A program made the translations under genes and the position numbers. Positions 51,545-60,538 of a stretch of 64,000 nt of DNA are shown here, piece after piece. The DNA is from a virus, in the IMG/VR virus record IMGVR_UViG_3300035696_000035, positions 1 through 64,000 of that record; one strand, written 5' to 3'. Every line of letters begins with the position of its first letter. Position 1 is the stretch's first letter. Under the pieces are notes generated by a model. The model saw only the letters and a list, made by a program, of their open reading frames with translations. It made no database searches and had not been told where the DNA came from.

Positions 51545-51971
51545 CGGGCTGGTGCTGGACATACCAACGCCAGTAGTCGGTCAAGGCATGGTCCTTAGGG
51601 GCTTCGTCCCCGATGATGCCCTGGCAGAAGATCTCCCAAGACCGAGCACCGTACTCACCGATCCCGGGCAGGTCCCGGGCGTGTTGCCATGGTCCCGCCA
51701 GGTACAGGTGGGTCATCTTCATCATGTTGTCGGTGCGTCGGGTAGCGAAGCCCAGGCTACGACAGACGTCAGCGACAGCTAGCGGGTTGGCGTTGATGAA
51801 CGCCTGCGGCGTGGGCCACAGTCGCCTGAACTCAGGCAACACCCGCTCGACTTGCTTCCGGCTCGTCTGGTTCAGCATCATGCAGCTGATCAGGATCATC
51901 CACTCGTCCGGCCACAGGTCCTCCTGTAGCAACCCGAACGGGCTCCTGGGCGGCGTCCACCTTTGGTTCAT
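51534..51971 (-). CDS. HhH-GPD DNA glycosylase, MBD4/Mig-like
   Basis: LISCMMLNQTSRK, LPGIGEYGARSWEIFCQGII, HALTDYWRWYV align to MBD4 glycosylase domain (IATIFLNRTSGK, LHGIGKYGNDSYRIFCV, HKLNKYHDWLW); start uncertain because of overlap with 51832..52401. Confidence 0.55.
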   Translation of the reverse strand: MNQRWTPPRSPFGLLQEDLWPDEWMILISCMMLNQTSRKQVERVLPEFRRLWPTPQAFINANPLAVADVCRSLGFATRRTDNMMKMTHLYLAGPWQHARDLPGIGEYGARSWEIFCQGIIGDEAPKDHALTDYWRWYVQHQPVNA

Positions 51972-52401
51972 CGTTTGCCTCTCCCATCATGATCAACAGG
52001 CGGTGTTGCTCCTGGATGAGCTCACGTTGTTCGACGCGAGCGTCTTCCAGCGCTCGCAGTGCATCGTGTCTAGCCGACTCCATCACGTCACGGCTGTACT
52101 CAACCCGAGTGTTCATGGCGTTGTTTCGTAGGTTGCTGATCTGCTGGTCGAGCATCTTCCGTCTGTCCAACAGGACGTTCAGCGCCTGCTTCTTTGTGTC
52201 GAAGAGTTGCTGTTCAATCGTGATTGCGGGGCGCTCGGGTGGCGGGGACGCCAGCTCTGCCTGCTTCAGGTCGACCTCGGCCTTCTTGGTCGCGGCATGC
52301 TTCTTGGCGCCGTAGTGGTTACCGATCCACACCAAAGCGAGCAGCGTGCCACAGATCAGGTACAGCATCGTCATTGTCATCGGCCCACTCCGCACCAGCA
52401 C
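51832..52401 (-). CDS. membrane-anchored coiled-coil protein
   Basis: MTMTMLYLICGTLLALVWIG TM helix then coiled coil; 3' end overlaps glycosylase ORF. Confidence 0.35.
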   Translation of the reverse strand: MLVRSGPMTMTMLYLICGTLLALVWIGNHYGAKKHAATKKAEVDLKQAELASPPPERPAITIEQQLFDTKKQALNVLLDRRKMLDQQISNLRNNAMNTRVEYSRDVMESARHDALRALEDARVEQRELIQEQHRLLIMMGEANDEPKVDAAQEPVRVATGGPVAGRVDDPDQLHDAEPDEPEASRAGVA

Positions 52402-52622
52402 TGGTCTTCACCGCACCCCGGGCACGTTTCGTGCTTGAGGTCTTCAGCCTTGCATTCCTCGGGAGCGCTCCATTCTTCCTGGACGCCCCACACGTGGACA
52501 TGCCGCCCGTTCTTGTCCCAGATGACGATGAGGGTGCCATCAACGACAGCGTCGACGAGCCCGTAGGATCCCGGGCGGTCCTTGTGAGCGACTAGGTCTG
52601 CCATCCCGAAAGTTTCAGACAT
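52377..52622 (-). CDS. hypothetical protein (family-A-like core, C-terminal Cys cluster)
   Basis: Trimmed to MSETFGMADLVAHK; TLIVIWD..; CPGCGEDQCWCG. Confidence 0.3.
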   Translation of the reverse strand: MSETFGMADLVAHKDRPGSYGLVDAVVDGTLIVIWDKNGRHVHVWGVQEEWSAPEECKAEDLKHETCPGCGEDQCWCGVGR

Positions 52623-53700
52623 ACTTGAATCCGGTGAGCATCCGGCCCGCCGCCTCCAGGTCTTCTTGTGTCTTGACCCCGAAGTACCGCGCGTCTCGTG
52701 GCACTCTGACGAACTGGGTCGGGAACTCCTCAGTGAGCTGCTGCAGCAGCCGCTCATGCTGGATGACAAGGCGGTGACCCACCTGCTTGCGGGCTCGGTG
52801 CCAGCGCCACTCGATGGGTGCCTTCAGCGCTGCGATGTCGATGATCATTGAGTTGGTGTTGTGCCACCGAGCCTGGTCGGCGAAACCTGCGGGCAGCCGC
52901 CAGTCTTCAGCGATCTGGAGCTTGTTGTTGACGTATGCAACGACGCCGCCTTTGTCGCCGCGTTGGCGTTCAATCACCTCGCAAGTGACGGTAGCACCCT
53001 CTCGCTTGTGAAAGCCCAGCAACCCAGGGTGTGGTGAACCCATCACGTTGTCGACGTTGACGATGTAGGCGTACTTCACACCTGGGTTGTCAGCGATGAC
53101 CCCGCTCTCAACCAGCGCCGGGCCCACGTCACCGTGCCCCAGCGGGTACAGGTCGGGTACCCCGTGAGCGATCCACTCCAACCGGTTGTCCGGTGTCAAG
53201 CGGTACCCCTCGAACTGCTCGAAGATGTGGTAGCTCGCCTTGGGCGGTCGCGCCAGCTTCTCTAGGTGGAGAGCGATCGACTTCAGATTGCCGACTGACG
53301 TCATGATCCAGACGGGCATGTTGCCACCCTGCATCACCTTCCACGCCAGCATGCTGGTGTCGACTCCGGGGATCTTGGCGAAGACCTTGGGCATCCCCAT
53401 CCGGGTACCCGCACCACCTGCCAGCAGGACGAAGGCGACCTCGCCCCTGCTGATCATCTCTTCGCCGACCTGTTCGTCAGCAACGGTGATCTCTTCGTAG
53501 TTGTTGAGCTTGTCGTCGTCCGGAAAGTCCGGGTGGTACATCGCCGGATCGGCATCCTGACGAGTCGTCATCTTGACGAGCTCCTCGTCGGTGAGTGCAC
53601 CTGAACGGTGAACCCGAACCTGAAACTCGGGCAGGACCTGGGTCAGCTCTTCACGTAGTGAGCGAACGAATCCGGGTTCAGTCTTCACCAGCCACCTCTT
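52615..53700 (-). CDS. UTP--glucose-1-phosphate uridylyltransferase family (UGPase/UDP-sugar pyrophosphorylase type)
   Basis: LLAGGAGTRMG nucleotide-binding loop, PLGHGDV motif; true start uncertain (Arg/Ser-rich 5' extension of track ORF discarded). Confidence 0.65.
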   Translation of the reverse strand, partial: KRWLVKTEPGFVRSLREELTQVLPEFQVRVHRSGALTDEELVKMTTRQDADPAMYHPDFPDDDKLNNYEEITVADEQVGEEMISRGEVAFVLLAGGAGTRMGMPKVFAKIPGVDTSMLAWKVMQGGNMPVWIMTSVGNLKSIALHLEKLARPPKASYHIFEQFEGYRLTPDNRLEWIAHGVPDLYPLGHGDVGPALVESGVIADNPGVKYAYIVNVDNVMGSPHPGLLGFHKREGATVTCEVIERQRGDKGGVVAYVNNKLQIAEDWRLPAGFADQARWHNTNSMIIDIAALKAPIEWRWHRARKQVGHRLVIQHERLLQQLTEEFPTQFVRVPRDARYFGVKTQEDLEAAGRMLTGFKYV

Positions 53701-54187
53701 GTTCAAACCAACTCTCGTCGACGGGTATGTCAGGGAACGGCCACCAAGCGGGTGCGGCCGCCCTGGGTGCCCACTTGGCGAAACGTGCTTTCTCACCGAT
53801 GTAGTACGCGCGGTACGCCTTGACGGGGTCAGCATCGCGGTACTGCTCGGGCATCGCCTGAGCAAAGGGAGTCAGCCCCAGGTCAGGCAGGTCAGGTTGT
53901 TCGAGCGAGGCGATGATGTGTTCGGTCTTGTGGACCTTGCCGTAACGACGAGTGTACTCGTTGCAGAGCTCACAAGCGTGCCGCAACAACCACTCATAGT
54001 TCGACAACGAGGCACGGACCCACTTGCCACACGGGTGGTTGACGTGAGTGTGTTTGTATCGCGTCGTCCCGGGCGGGAATGCAGTGACCAACAGTTGGGC
54101 ACTCTCCAACAGCATCTTGACCACGTGCTTGTTGCACTGGTCTCGTGCTGCCTTGAGCGGGTCCTGGTCTAGGACGAAGATGTTCAT
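53678..54187 (-). CDS. hypothetical protein
   Basis: 169-aa ORF; MNIFVLDQDPLKAARDQCNKHVVKM N-terminus. Confidence 0.45.
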   Translation of the reverse strand: MNIFVLDQDPLKAARDQCNKHVVKMLLESAQLLVTAFPPGTTRYKHTHVNHPCGKWVRASLSNYEWLLRHACELCNEYTRRYGKVHKTEHIIASLEQPDLPDLGLTPFAQAMPEQYRDADPVKAYRAYYIGEKARFAKWAPRAAAPAWWPFPDIPVDESWFEQEVAGED

Positions 54188-54390
54188 CAGTTATTGAACT
54201 GTCGGTGCTTGACGAAGATCATGCAGCGTTCCTGATGCTTCTCGTTGAGAAGCGCCAGCGTTCGCTCCAGGTGACCCTTGGTGAAGATCAAGACGTAACC
54301 ATCGTCGACTGTTGCGACGGCCACACCTTCCTTGTCGGCCATGTCGACCAGGTCCTCGGGACCCAGGTCCTTCTTGACGGGTTCACTCAT
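54187..54390 (-). CDS. hypothetical small protein
   Basis: 67-aa ORF, coupled. Confidence 0.35.
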   Translation of the reverse strand: MSEPVKKDLGPEDLVDMADKEGVAVATVDDGYVLIFTKGHLERTLALLNEKHQERCMIFVKHRQFNN

Positions 54391-54590
54391 TTGTTACACA
54401 CGATTCGACACCGCTTGATCAGCTCCAGCGGAATGAAGCTGTTTTCTCGCCGCAGCTCTTCCTGCGTGACCTCTCCTGCCGCTAGCCGGCGGGCATCTTC
54501 ATCGCGCGAGGCCTGCTTCTCTGCGGCACGCTTCTTCGGGTCGAACGTCTCCATGGCACTAAGGTTACACCATGCGACGTCGTTTTTCAC
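54387..54590 (-). CDS. hypothetical small protein
   Basis: 67-aa ORF, ATGA-coupled. Confidence 0.35.
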   Translation of the reverse strand: MKNDVAWCNLSAMETFDPKKRAAEKQASRDEDARRLAAGEVTQEELRRENSFIPLELIKRCRIVCNK

Positions 54591-55150
54591 TCAGCGGCTG
54601 GCAACCCCAGTTTCGACCACAACTGCTTGTTGTACGAGCCAAAGGGACCATTGAACAGCACGCTGGGTTTCACCCACCGAATGACGCCGCTCTCAGGCGT
54701 GTTGATCTCGCCCTCGACCTCACAAGCGAATGTGTGAGTGACGAAGCCATCGTCCTCCTGGTGCGTGAAGACGTGCGATAGCTTGGTGGCAGTCAAACCC
54801 GTCTCCTCCTGGAGCTCACGGGCTGCTGCTTGTTCAGCGGTCTCGCCCGGGTCAACCTTGCCGCCAGGCAGACCAAACGCCGACGGATCGTTCTTGCGAG
54901 ACACCGCCAATACGTGACCATCGTTCGTCAGGATGAGGCAACACGCTGCTTGTTTCACGTCCTGCTCCGCTGTTTCTTCCTCGTTCTCTTCGTCATCGAG
55001 GATGTTGCTGCTGGCACCGGGCCTGACGCCCGCATCGCCCGTTGTCAGGCCAGTCGGGTGCAAGTTGCCGGCGACACCGTCCTTGCCGTACTGCTTGTTG
55101 TTGAATCCTACCAGGACCTCCTGGATGTATTCACGGAGCAGCTTGCTCAT
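54587..55150 (-). CDS. NUDIX hydrolase
   Basis: Nudix box GGKVDPGETAEQAAARELQEETGL; start trimmed to MSKLLREY. Confidence 0.7.
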   Translation of the reverse strand: MSKLLREYIQEVLVGFNNKQYGKDGVAGNLHPTGLTTGDAGVRPGASSNILDDEENEEETAEQDVKQAACCLILTNDGHVLAVSRKNDPSAFGLPGGKVDPGETAEQAAARELQEETGLTATKLSHVFTHQEDDGFVTHTFACEVEGEINTPESGVIRWVKPSVLFNGPFGSYNKQLWSKLGLPAAE

Positions 55151-55346
55151 GGTGCCTCGGTGGTGGAAGCGGGCAGGAAACGGTGCTGGTGCAGACGGGC
55201 GCGCTACCTGAGTCGTCAACGTCAGAGACGCCGGCAGCGGACGCGACTGGGTGTTTCTGTTGCCAGCAGCTGGCGAACAGGTTGTTCGCCATCAGCATCG
55301 CGAACAGGAACAGCACCAAGAAGAGGAGACCGCGGCTTCCGTTCAT
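55131..55346 (-). CDS. small membrane protein (possible holin-like)
   Basis: LLFLVLFLFAMLMANNLFA TM helix; ATGA-coupled; two genes downstream of endolysin. Confidence 0.35.
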   Translation of the reverse strand: MNGSRGLLFLVLFLFAMLMANNLFASCWQQKHPVASAAGVSDVDDSGSAPVCTSTVSCPLPPPRHHEQAAP

Positions 55347-55669
55347 CGGTCATACACCCTGAGGTCATGGAACCTCGTATCGAGTAGGTTGTACATCGTC
55401 TGCTTTGCAGTCAGGACGTTGCCGCGGTAGCGTCTAACGATGCCGGGCCACCGCTTCTGCACGAACCGAGTGACGATGGCCCTGTCCCTGGGAGACACTC
55501 GGCCTCCCAAGTCCTCGAACCACTCCTCGGCGAGCTTTCTGCCCGCCTCATCACCGGGCTGCTCATGGCCCTGCAGGCTGGTTCCCTTCAACAGCTTCAT
55601 CATGTGAGGGTCGACACGTAGCTCTGCCAGGGTCTCCTGGATGAATTGGCGGAGGACGTCTTCGTTCAT
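55343..55669 (-). CDS. hypothetical protein
   Basis: 108-aa ORF directly downstream of endolysin. Confidence 0.4.
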   Translation of the reverse strand: MNEDVLRQFIQETLAELRVDPHMMKLLKGTSLQGHEQPGDEAGRKLAEEWFEDLGGRVSPRDRAIVTRFVQKRWPGIVRRYRGNVLTAKQTMYNLLDTRFHDLRVYDR

Positions 55670-56910
55670 GACCTGGGCTTCAACAGGAACTTGACCAGCG
55701 CGACAATGGCGTTGATGATAGACTGCAGGGCACTGCCCCCAGCCGGCGCGGGTACAGGAGAGGGCGGCGTGGGGGCCGGAACAGGCGGCACCGGAGCGGG
55801 GGGCGGGTTGACGGGAGGCGGCTGGTCCAACGCCAGGACTGGGATGCCCAGCTTGTTGGGGTCAAGCCACTCGATCAGGGGACGGCCCAGGCTCGATAGC
55901 ACCGGACCGGTGCCCTGGGTGATCGCGTTGTTGGCGCGGCCACCGCCGCCGTGGTCAGCGTTCCCAGACGCGTCAACGGGACCCAGCAACCACTCAACGT
56001 GGTCGTCGTTGGTGCCCGGAGTGTTGTAGTGCATCAGCGCGCCGACAGGCGGGTTCTGGCCCTTGACGTACTTGGTCAGGGCACCGGTGTTGATGCCGAT
56101 CTGGCGGACCCAGGCGATGGCCATGCCCGACACGTAGGGCTTGTTGAGGAGCGGGTCACGGACTCCAGCAGCCGCCATGATGCCAAGAGCTGACGTGGCA
56201 CAGTTGGTTGAGATGGTCACGACTGACTCTGGGTTGTCGACCCCGCGGCCGACCAGGTTACCCAGGTCGGTGCGACGGTTGGTGAGGCTGCAACCCACGT
56301 AGGACTTGACAAGCCTGACGATCCTGTCAGCGGGCTTCTCACCCGGAACCAGCGGCTGCTGAGCAACGGGCACGTTGGAAGCCTCGGGAGCCGGGTGCAC
56401 CACGGGAGGAGGAACGGGGACCGGAGCTGGCGCGGGTGGGGGTGCTACGGGCTGCGTTGAACCCGCTGGCGTCAGGAACAACGCTCGTTCGGCCTGGCGT
56501 CGCTTGAGCAGGCCCTCATCGACCGTCAGCACGCCGTTGATCGTTGTCTTGTCCCACAGCAGCAACGCGTCAGCCGCGCCCTGGATGTCTCCGGTGTTGA
56601 GCTTGGTCCGGCACGACGACTGTTCCAGCGCGCCGCCCCCACAGTTGAACGTGAATGACACCAGAGCGTCAAACATGTTCTGCGTCATCGAGTGGGTGAT
56701 GTACTCGTTGACGGCGTTCTCAGCAGTACCGACATCGCCCGCTAGCAGGGCCAGGGCCTGTGCATGAGTGATGCCGTTGGGGAACGACTCGCCAGGTCTG
56801 ACCACGTGTCCGATGCCGATCGTGGGGATGCCTGCAACGTCCTTGTAAACGTGATCGACTTCACCTTCCCACGAGGCGATGAAGTTCAGGCCGTTCTGAG
56901 ACGTCTTCAT
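55666..56910 (-). CDS. endolysin: GH24 lysozyme domain plus Pro-rich linkers and a C-terminal Cys-containing domain
   Basis: N-terminal GLNFIASWEGEV..GIPTIGIGH (T4/lambda-type lysozyme); PPPAPAPVPVPPP linker; C-terminal domain with conserved Cys/His; second Pro-rich tail. Confidence 0.75.
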   Translation of the reverse strand: MKTSQNGLNFIASWEGEVDHVYKDVAGIPTIGIGHVVRPGESFPNGITHAQALALLAGDVGTAENAVNEYITHSMTQNMFDALVSFTFNCGGGALEQSSCRTKLNTGDIQGAADALLLWDKTTINGVLTVDEGLLKRRQAERALFLTPAGSTQPVAPPPAPAPVPVPPPVVHPAPEASNVPVAQQPLVPGEKPADRIVRLVKSYVGCSLTNRRTDLGNLVGRGVDNPESVVTISTNCATSALGIMAAAGVRDPLLNKPYVSGMAIAWVRQIGINTGALTKYVKGQNPPVGALMHYNTPGTNDDHVEWLLGPVDASGNADHGGGGRANNAITQGTGPVLSSLGRPLIEWLDPNKLGIPVLALDQPPPVNPPPAPVPPVPAPTPPSPVPAPAGGSALQSIINAIVALVKFLLKPRS

Positions 56911-56936
56911 GGCCTTAAGTAGGCCGGACGCGTCAC

Positions 56937-57194
56937 TCAGGCGGTCGGGCCGGGTGCTTGCTTGGACGACTTCAGCTTGGCGACGCTGGAGCGGATCATG
57001 GCCTCGATCTGGGTGGCCAGTTCCTTCATCTCGTTTTCGACCGCTGCGGGGTCGTACTGGCCCTTGAGCTTCTCACCGATCACACCGACCAACGACTGGA
57101 TCGAGTCCTTGACGCTGCCAGTGCCACCCGCGGGTGCCAGGGCTTCCTTGACGAGTTCCTTCAGGAGGCTGTTGGTGATGGGAGTGCGGGCCAT
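56937..57194 (-). CDS. hypothetical protein
   Basis: Trimmed to MARTPITNSLLKEL. Confidence 0.3.
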   Translation of the reverse strand: MARTPITNSLLKELVKEALAPAGGTGSVKDSIQSLVGVIGEKLKGQYDPAAVENEMKELATQIEAMIRSSVAKLKSSKQAPGPTA

Positions 57195-57210
57195 GCAGGT
57201 AACTAGGCCG

Positions 57211-57705
57211 TCACGGGTGCTTCTTGGGAGGGACTTTGATCTTCCCCTCAGCGACTGCCCGCCGTAGGGCTCCGATGACATCGACGACTTGACCGGCTGC
57301 TCGTCGAGCATCGACCTCGAACGGGTTGTCATAGTACGGGTGAGCGTAGCGGCAGAACTTCAAGCCCAGGTAGGCGAGAGCATAGAGGACGGGCAAGAAG
57401 ACTCCCAACACCATGCCCTGGCGGACGTGTTCCTGCTCGTGCCGCAGGGTGATGCGCCCACGGTGGGTGTCGAGGTTGTCATTGAGGACGACGATGTTGC
57501 CGACAGTGTGTCCGGCCCAGTGCCGCCAGGCCGCAGCGAGGAGAGCTGGCATCCGGTCCTTGTTGATCTCCCAGACCAGCGCATCACCGTGCCGACCCAG
57601 GCTCTTGTACCAGCCGAGAAAGGTGAAGAGGGTCACGTAGAGGAAGCCGCACAGCGTGAGCGGGAGCGACCACAGCCACCCCAATGCCCTCCACGGCTGC
57701 TTCAT
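57211..57705 (-). CDS. membrane protein with HExxH motif (possible metallopeptidase)
   Basis: TM segments at both ends; LRHEQEHVRQ. Confidence 0.4.
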   Translation of the reverse strand: MKQPWRALGWLWSLPLTLCGFLYVTLFTFLGWYKSLGRHGDALVWEINKDRMPALLAAAWRHWAGHTVGNIVVLNDNLDTHRGRITLRHEQEHVRQGMVLGVFLPVLYALAYLGLKFCRYAHPYYDNPFEVDARRAAGQVVDVIGALRRAVAEGKIKVPPKKHP

Positions 57706-57751
57706 GGCCCACCTCCCGTTGAGGGTAGGTAGGCCAAAGCGCTCTAGAAGT

Positions 57752-58600
57752 TCACGATTCTTGTGGGCCCCAGAGCGGATCGAACGTTGCGACGAACTTG
57801 TCCCACGTCCCTTCCTTCAGCATGCTCTTGAAAGCCATGCTCTCGAACTGCTCACGGAGGGGCTGCCAGTCGCGCTTCGAGCCCGATGAACGCATCTTCA
57901 ACGCTTCCTCGTCGGTCCACTCGTACAGCGCGATCAGGGAAGTGTTGCGAACGAACTGGTCTTGCAGGGACTGGTCGCTCTCAAGCAGTTGCTGCAGCTT
58001 CACCAGGTCTGTCGCCAGCTCCGTCGCCCTGACGTCCCCGATGCCGGGGAGGCTCGGGATGTTGTCGCTGCCGTCGCCACGAAGCGACTTCCAGGTGACG
58101 TAGTCGTACTCCGGTGCCTCGACGTACTTCTTGGTGATCGGGTTGTAGAGCTTGACGTTGCCGAACTCCTGCAGCATCTGGATGAAGTCGGTGTCCGTCG
58201 ACACCACGGTGAAGTCGATGGCCGAGCTTGACCGCTTCACCAGGTTGTAGATCAGGTCGTCGGCCTCGAAGTCCGGGTGTTGGACGACGGTGACGGGCAG
58301 CATGTGAGTCAGGATGCGGACGATGATCTCGTTCTGTCGTCTGTAGTCCTCTTCGCTGCGCTTGCCCTCGACGGCTTCCCCCTCCCGACCGATGCGGTTG
58401 GCCTTGTACTCGGGCAGCAGCTGTAGCTGGCGTCGGGGCGCACCCTCCAGGGTGAAGTAGACCCGGGTCGGCTTCATCAGCTCGACCAACGACCTCAGGT
58501 TGCGGACGAAGTTGTAGACGACGTTGAAGTCTCCCAACTGGAAGCCAGCCCGAGCACGGTACATGAAGTTGTGCCCGTCGATGATCAGGATCTTGCTCAT
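57752..58600 (-). CDS. 5'-3' exonuclease / flap endonuclease (T5 D15 / Pol I N-terminal domain-like)
   Basis: ILIIDGHNFMYRA PIN motif; GDGSDNIPSLPGIG H3TH motif. Confidence 0.8.
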   Translation of the reverse strand: MSKILIIDGHNFMYRARAGFQLGDFNVVYNFVRNLRSLVELMKPTRVYFTLEGAPRRQLQLLPEYKANRIGREGEAVEGKRSEEDYRRQNEIIVRILTHMLPVTVVQHPDFEADDLIYNLVKRSSSAIDFTVVSTDTDFIQMLQEFGNVKLYNPITKKYVEAPEYDYVTWKSLRGDGSDNIPSLPGIGDVRATELATDLVKLQQLLESDQSLQDQFVRNTSLIALYEWTDEEALKMRSSGSKRDWQPLREQFESMAFKSMLKEGTWDKFVATFDPLWGPQES

Positions 58601-58884
58601 ATCAATACTCTCGGTGGCTTGTCGGGTTCCATGTCAGTGTGGCAGACTGGGCCTCGGCCCGACCTTGAACGGTTGTTGCGATCGAACGACACGAACAACA
58701 GGTACTTGCCGTCGACGACCTTCGAAGCGAGGAAGTGAGCGTCCTCTTGTGAGGTGATGTCGACCAGCACCCCGTCCTCGGTCACTTCTGCGATCCGGTG
58801 TGCTACAACACACGCGCCCCAAGTGACGACGTCGCCGACCTTGAAGTGCTTCTGCGCTTTCTTACGTTCGGCTCGTTTGCTCAC
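58597..58884 (-). CDS. hypothetical protein (family-A-like)
   Basis: FKVGDVVTWG..GVLVDIT..; ATGA-coupled. Confidence 0.4.
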   Translation of the reverse strand: MSKRAERKKAQKHFKVGDVVTWGACVVAHRIAEVTEDGVLVDITSQEDAHFLASKVVDGKYLLFVSFDRNNRSRSGRGPVCHTDMEPDKPPRVLI

Positions 58885-59804
58885 GTCACGTCTCGGTACG
58901 GGTGGTTCGGTGTCGTGAGAGACTGTACCGCACCCTTTCCGATCTGTTCAGCGAGCTGGTCCAGCGTCAGGTCACAGACCTCATCGATCCAGTCACCGAC
59001 GACGTAGAGCTGGCGTCGGCCCTTCATCAGGCCGAACAGGATCGGGTCCTTGCGACGGGCCTTCTCGGCCTCCGTCTCGGCGTAGGACTTCGCCTGCGGG
59101 TCGTAGTGGAGCACGACGTAGTTGTCGAACAGGCCCAGCTCGTTGGCACGGGCCTGCTTGGCGACGATGCCCTCTGGGATGACCCTGGAGAAGTTGCGGA
59201 CGTAGTCGAGGCGCAGCCCCTTCTTGCATTGCTTGTAGAACCTGACGATGTCCTCCTCCGACACGAACTTGGTCAAGCCCATGGCGACGAGCTGCGTCTC
59301 CATCTTGTAGGCGTTGAGTCCCGCGGCGAGCTTCTCGAACAGGGCCTGTTGGCCCGCCTGCTTGGCGTTCGCCATCGCTCGTTCGTAGCCCGCGGCACGC
59401 TCCTCGACGACGGTCAGCTCCTGTTGGGTGTTCTTCACCGACTTGAAGAAGTCTTCGATCGATAGCGGCGGCTCCGGCTCGGGCGGGGGAGGCGGGGGTG
59501 CCTTCTTCCAGAGGGACGTCAGCTTGTCGAACAGGCTGGGACTCTTGGTGACGCTTCCCTGCACGTTGTATGGGACCAACTGGACCGACGTGGTGCCGCT
59601 GACCTGGTTCCAGACGACGTTGGAAGCCAGGCGGAAGTTGCCACCGTTGCTCGAGTCCTCCGACATATCGCTGTCTTCGTCGGTCAGGTCGATGACGTTG
59701 CCCTTCGACCTCCCGCCCTTCGCGGGCTTCTTGTACTTGGGCAGGTTCCAATCGATGCTCATGTCCTCCAGGACGATAAGGTGGTTGCCGTCTTGTGTGA
59801 TCAT
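58881..59804 (-). CDS. hypothetical protein with poly-Pro segment
   Basis: Trimmed to MITQDGNHLIV (ATGA overlap); PPPPPPEPEPP linker. Confidence 0.45.
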   Translation of the reverse strand: MITQDGNHLIVLEDMSIDWNLPKYKKPAKGGRSKGNVIDLTDEDSDMSEDSSNGGNFRLASNVVWNQVSGTTSVQLVPYNVQGSVTKSPSLFDKLTSLWKKAPPPPPPEPEPPLSIEDFFKSVKNTQQELTVVEERAAGYERAMANAKQAGQQALFEKLAAGLNAYKMETQLVAMGLTKFVSEEDIVRFYKQCKKGLRLDYVRNFSRVIPEGIVAKQARANELGLFDNYVVLHYDPQAKSYAETEAEKARRKDPILFGLMKGRRQLYVVGDWIDEVCDLTLDQLAEQIGKGAVQSLTTPNHPYRDVT

Positions 59805-60085
59805 GTCTTGTTCCCTTCGATTGTTCGCATGAACGCGCTCAACACCCATGACAGGGCGATACGAGCCCTGCCACCGGGCGCCTGACGGTTGAGGTCTTCA
59901 CTCCAGTGATAGTCACCCATGATGAGACCCGCAGGAGGGTCAGGCAACAGGGTTACGGCGAACCAGGTGTCCCCACTGCCGTAGAACTCGGCGACGCGGA
60001 ACAGGAAGAAGAACAGCTTCTCCTGTTGCTCGGGGCTCATCGCACGCCAGATCTCGCCCAGCGTGGAGTGCTCAGTCAGGGCCAT
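59801..60085 (-). CDS. hypothetical protein
   Basis: 94-aa ORF. Confidence 0.4.
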   Translation of the reverse strand: MALTEHSTLGEIWRAMSPEQQEKLFFFLFRVAEFYGSGDTWFAVTLLPDPPAGLIMGDYHWSEDLNRQAPGGRARIALSWVLSAFMRTIEGNKT

Positions 60086-60117
60086 GGCCCCACCCTACCA
60101 CGGTCACCCATGGCTTT

Positions 60118-60534
60118 TCACTGGTTGATGACGATGCACCCGGCGACGACCAGCGTGACACCGAGCAACTTCGTGAGAGTGAAGGACTCGCCCAGGAACA
60201 TGCAACACAGCAGAAAGGCCAACACCGGGTTGGTGCTGGTCATTGTGTTGACGAAGCTGGCGGGCTTGTTCTCAACAGCGAACATGTAGGAGTACACAGC
60301 GCCCAGCCCCAACATCGCAGTGACGACAGCCCAAGCGATGCCTGGCTTCGTCCAGTTGATGTCCTCACCCCGCCACTTCATCACCAGCGTGGCAATGGGC
60401 GCGACGGCGCTGTAGACGTACAGCATCACCAGCTGTACCAACATCGGCGACATGCTGCGGACAGCGAGCTTGGAGGTCAGCACCCACCAGCCCCAGAAGA
60501 ACGTCGCCGCGGCGATGAACACCCAATCCCTCAC
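60118..60534 (-). CDS. DMT-superfamily (EamA/SMR-like) small membrane transporter
   Basis: 138 aa, four hydrophobic helices, EamA-like pattern (VYSYMFAVEN..ESFTLTKLLGVTLVVAG). Confidence 0.5.
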   Translation of the reverse strand: MRDWVFIAAATFFWGWWVLTSKLAVRSMSPMLVQLVMLYVYSAVAPIATLVMKWRGEDINWTKPGIAWAVVTAMLGLGAVYSYMFAVENKPASFVNTMTSTNPVLAFLLCCMFLGESFTLTKLLGVTLVVAGCIVINQ

Positions 60535-60538
60535 GGCT

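Noticed and set aside
53678-54187. Possible pyrimidine-dimer DNA glycosylase (MNIFVLD...KH..KM..QLL N-terminus)
   Set aside because: The resemblance to Pyr_excise-type N-termini is from memory of a short pattern only. It is not strong enough to call without a profile search
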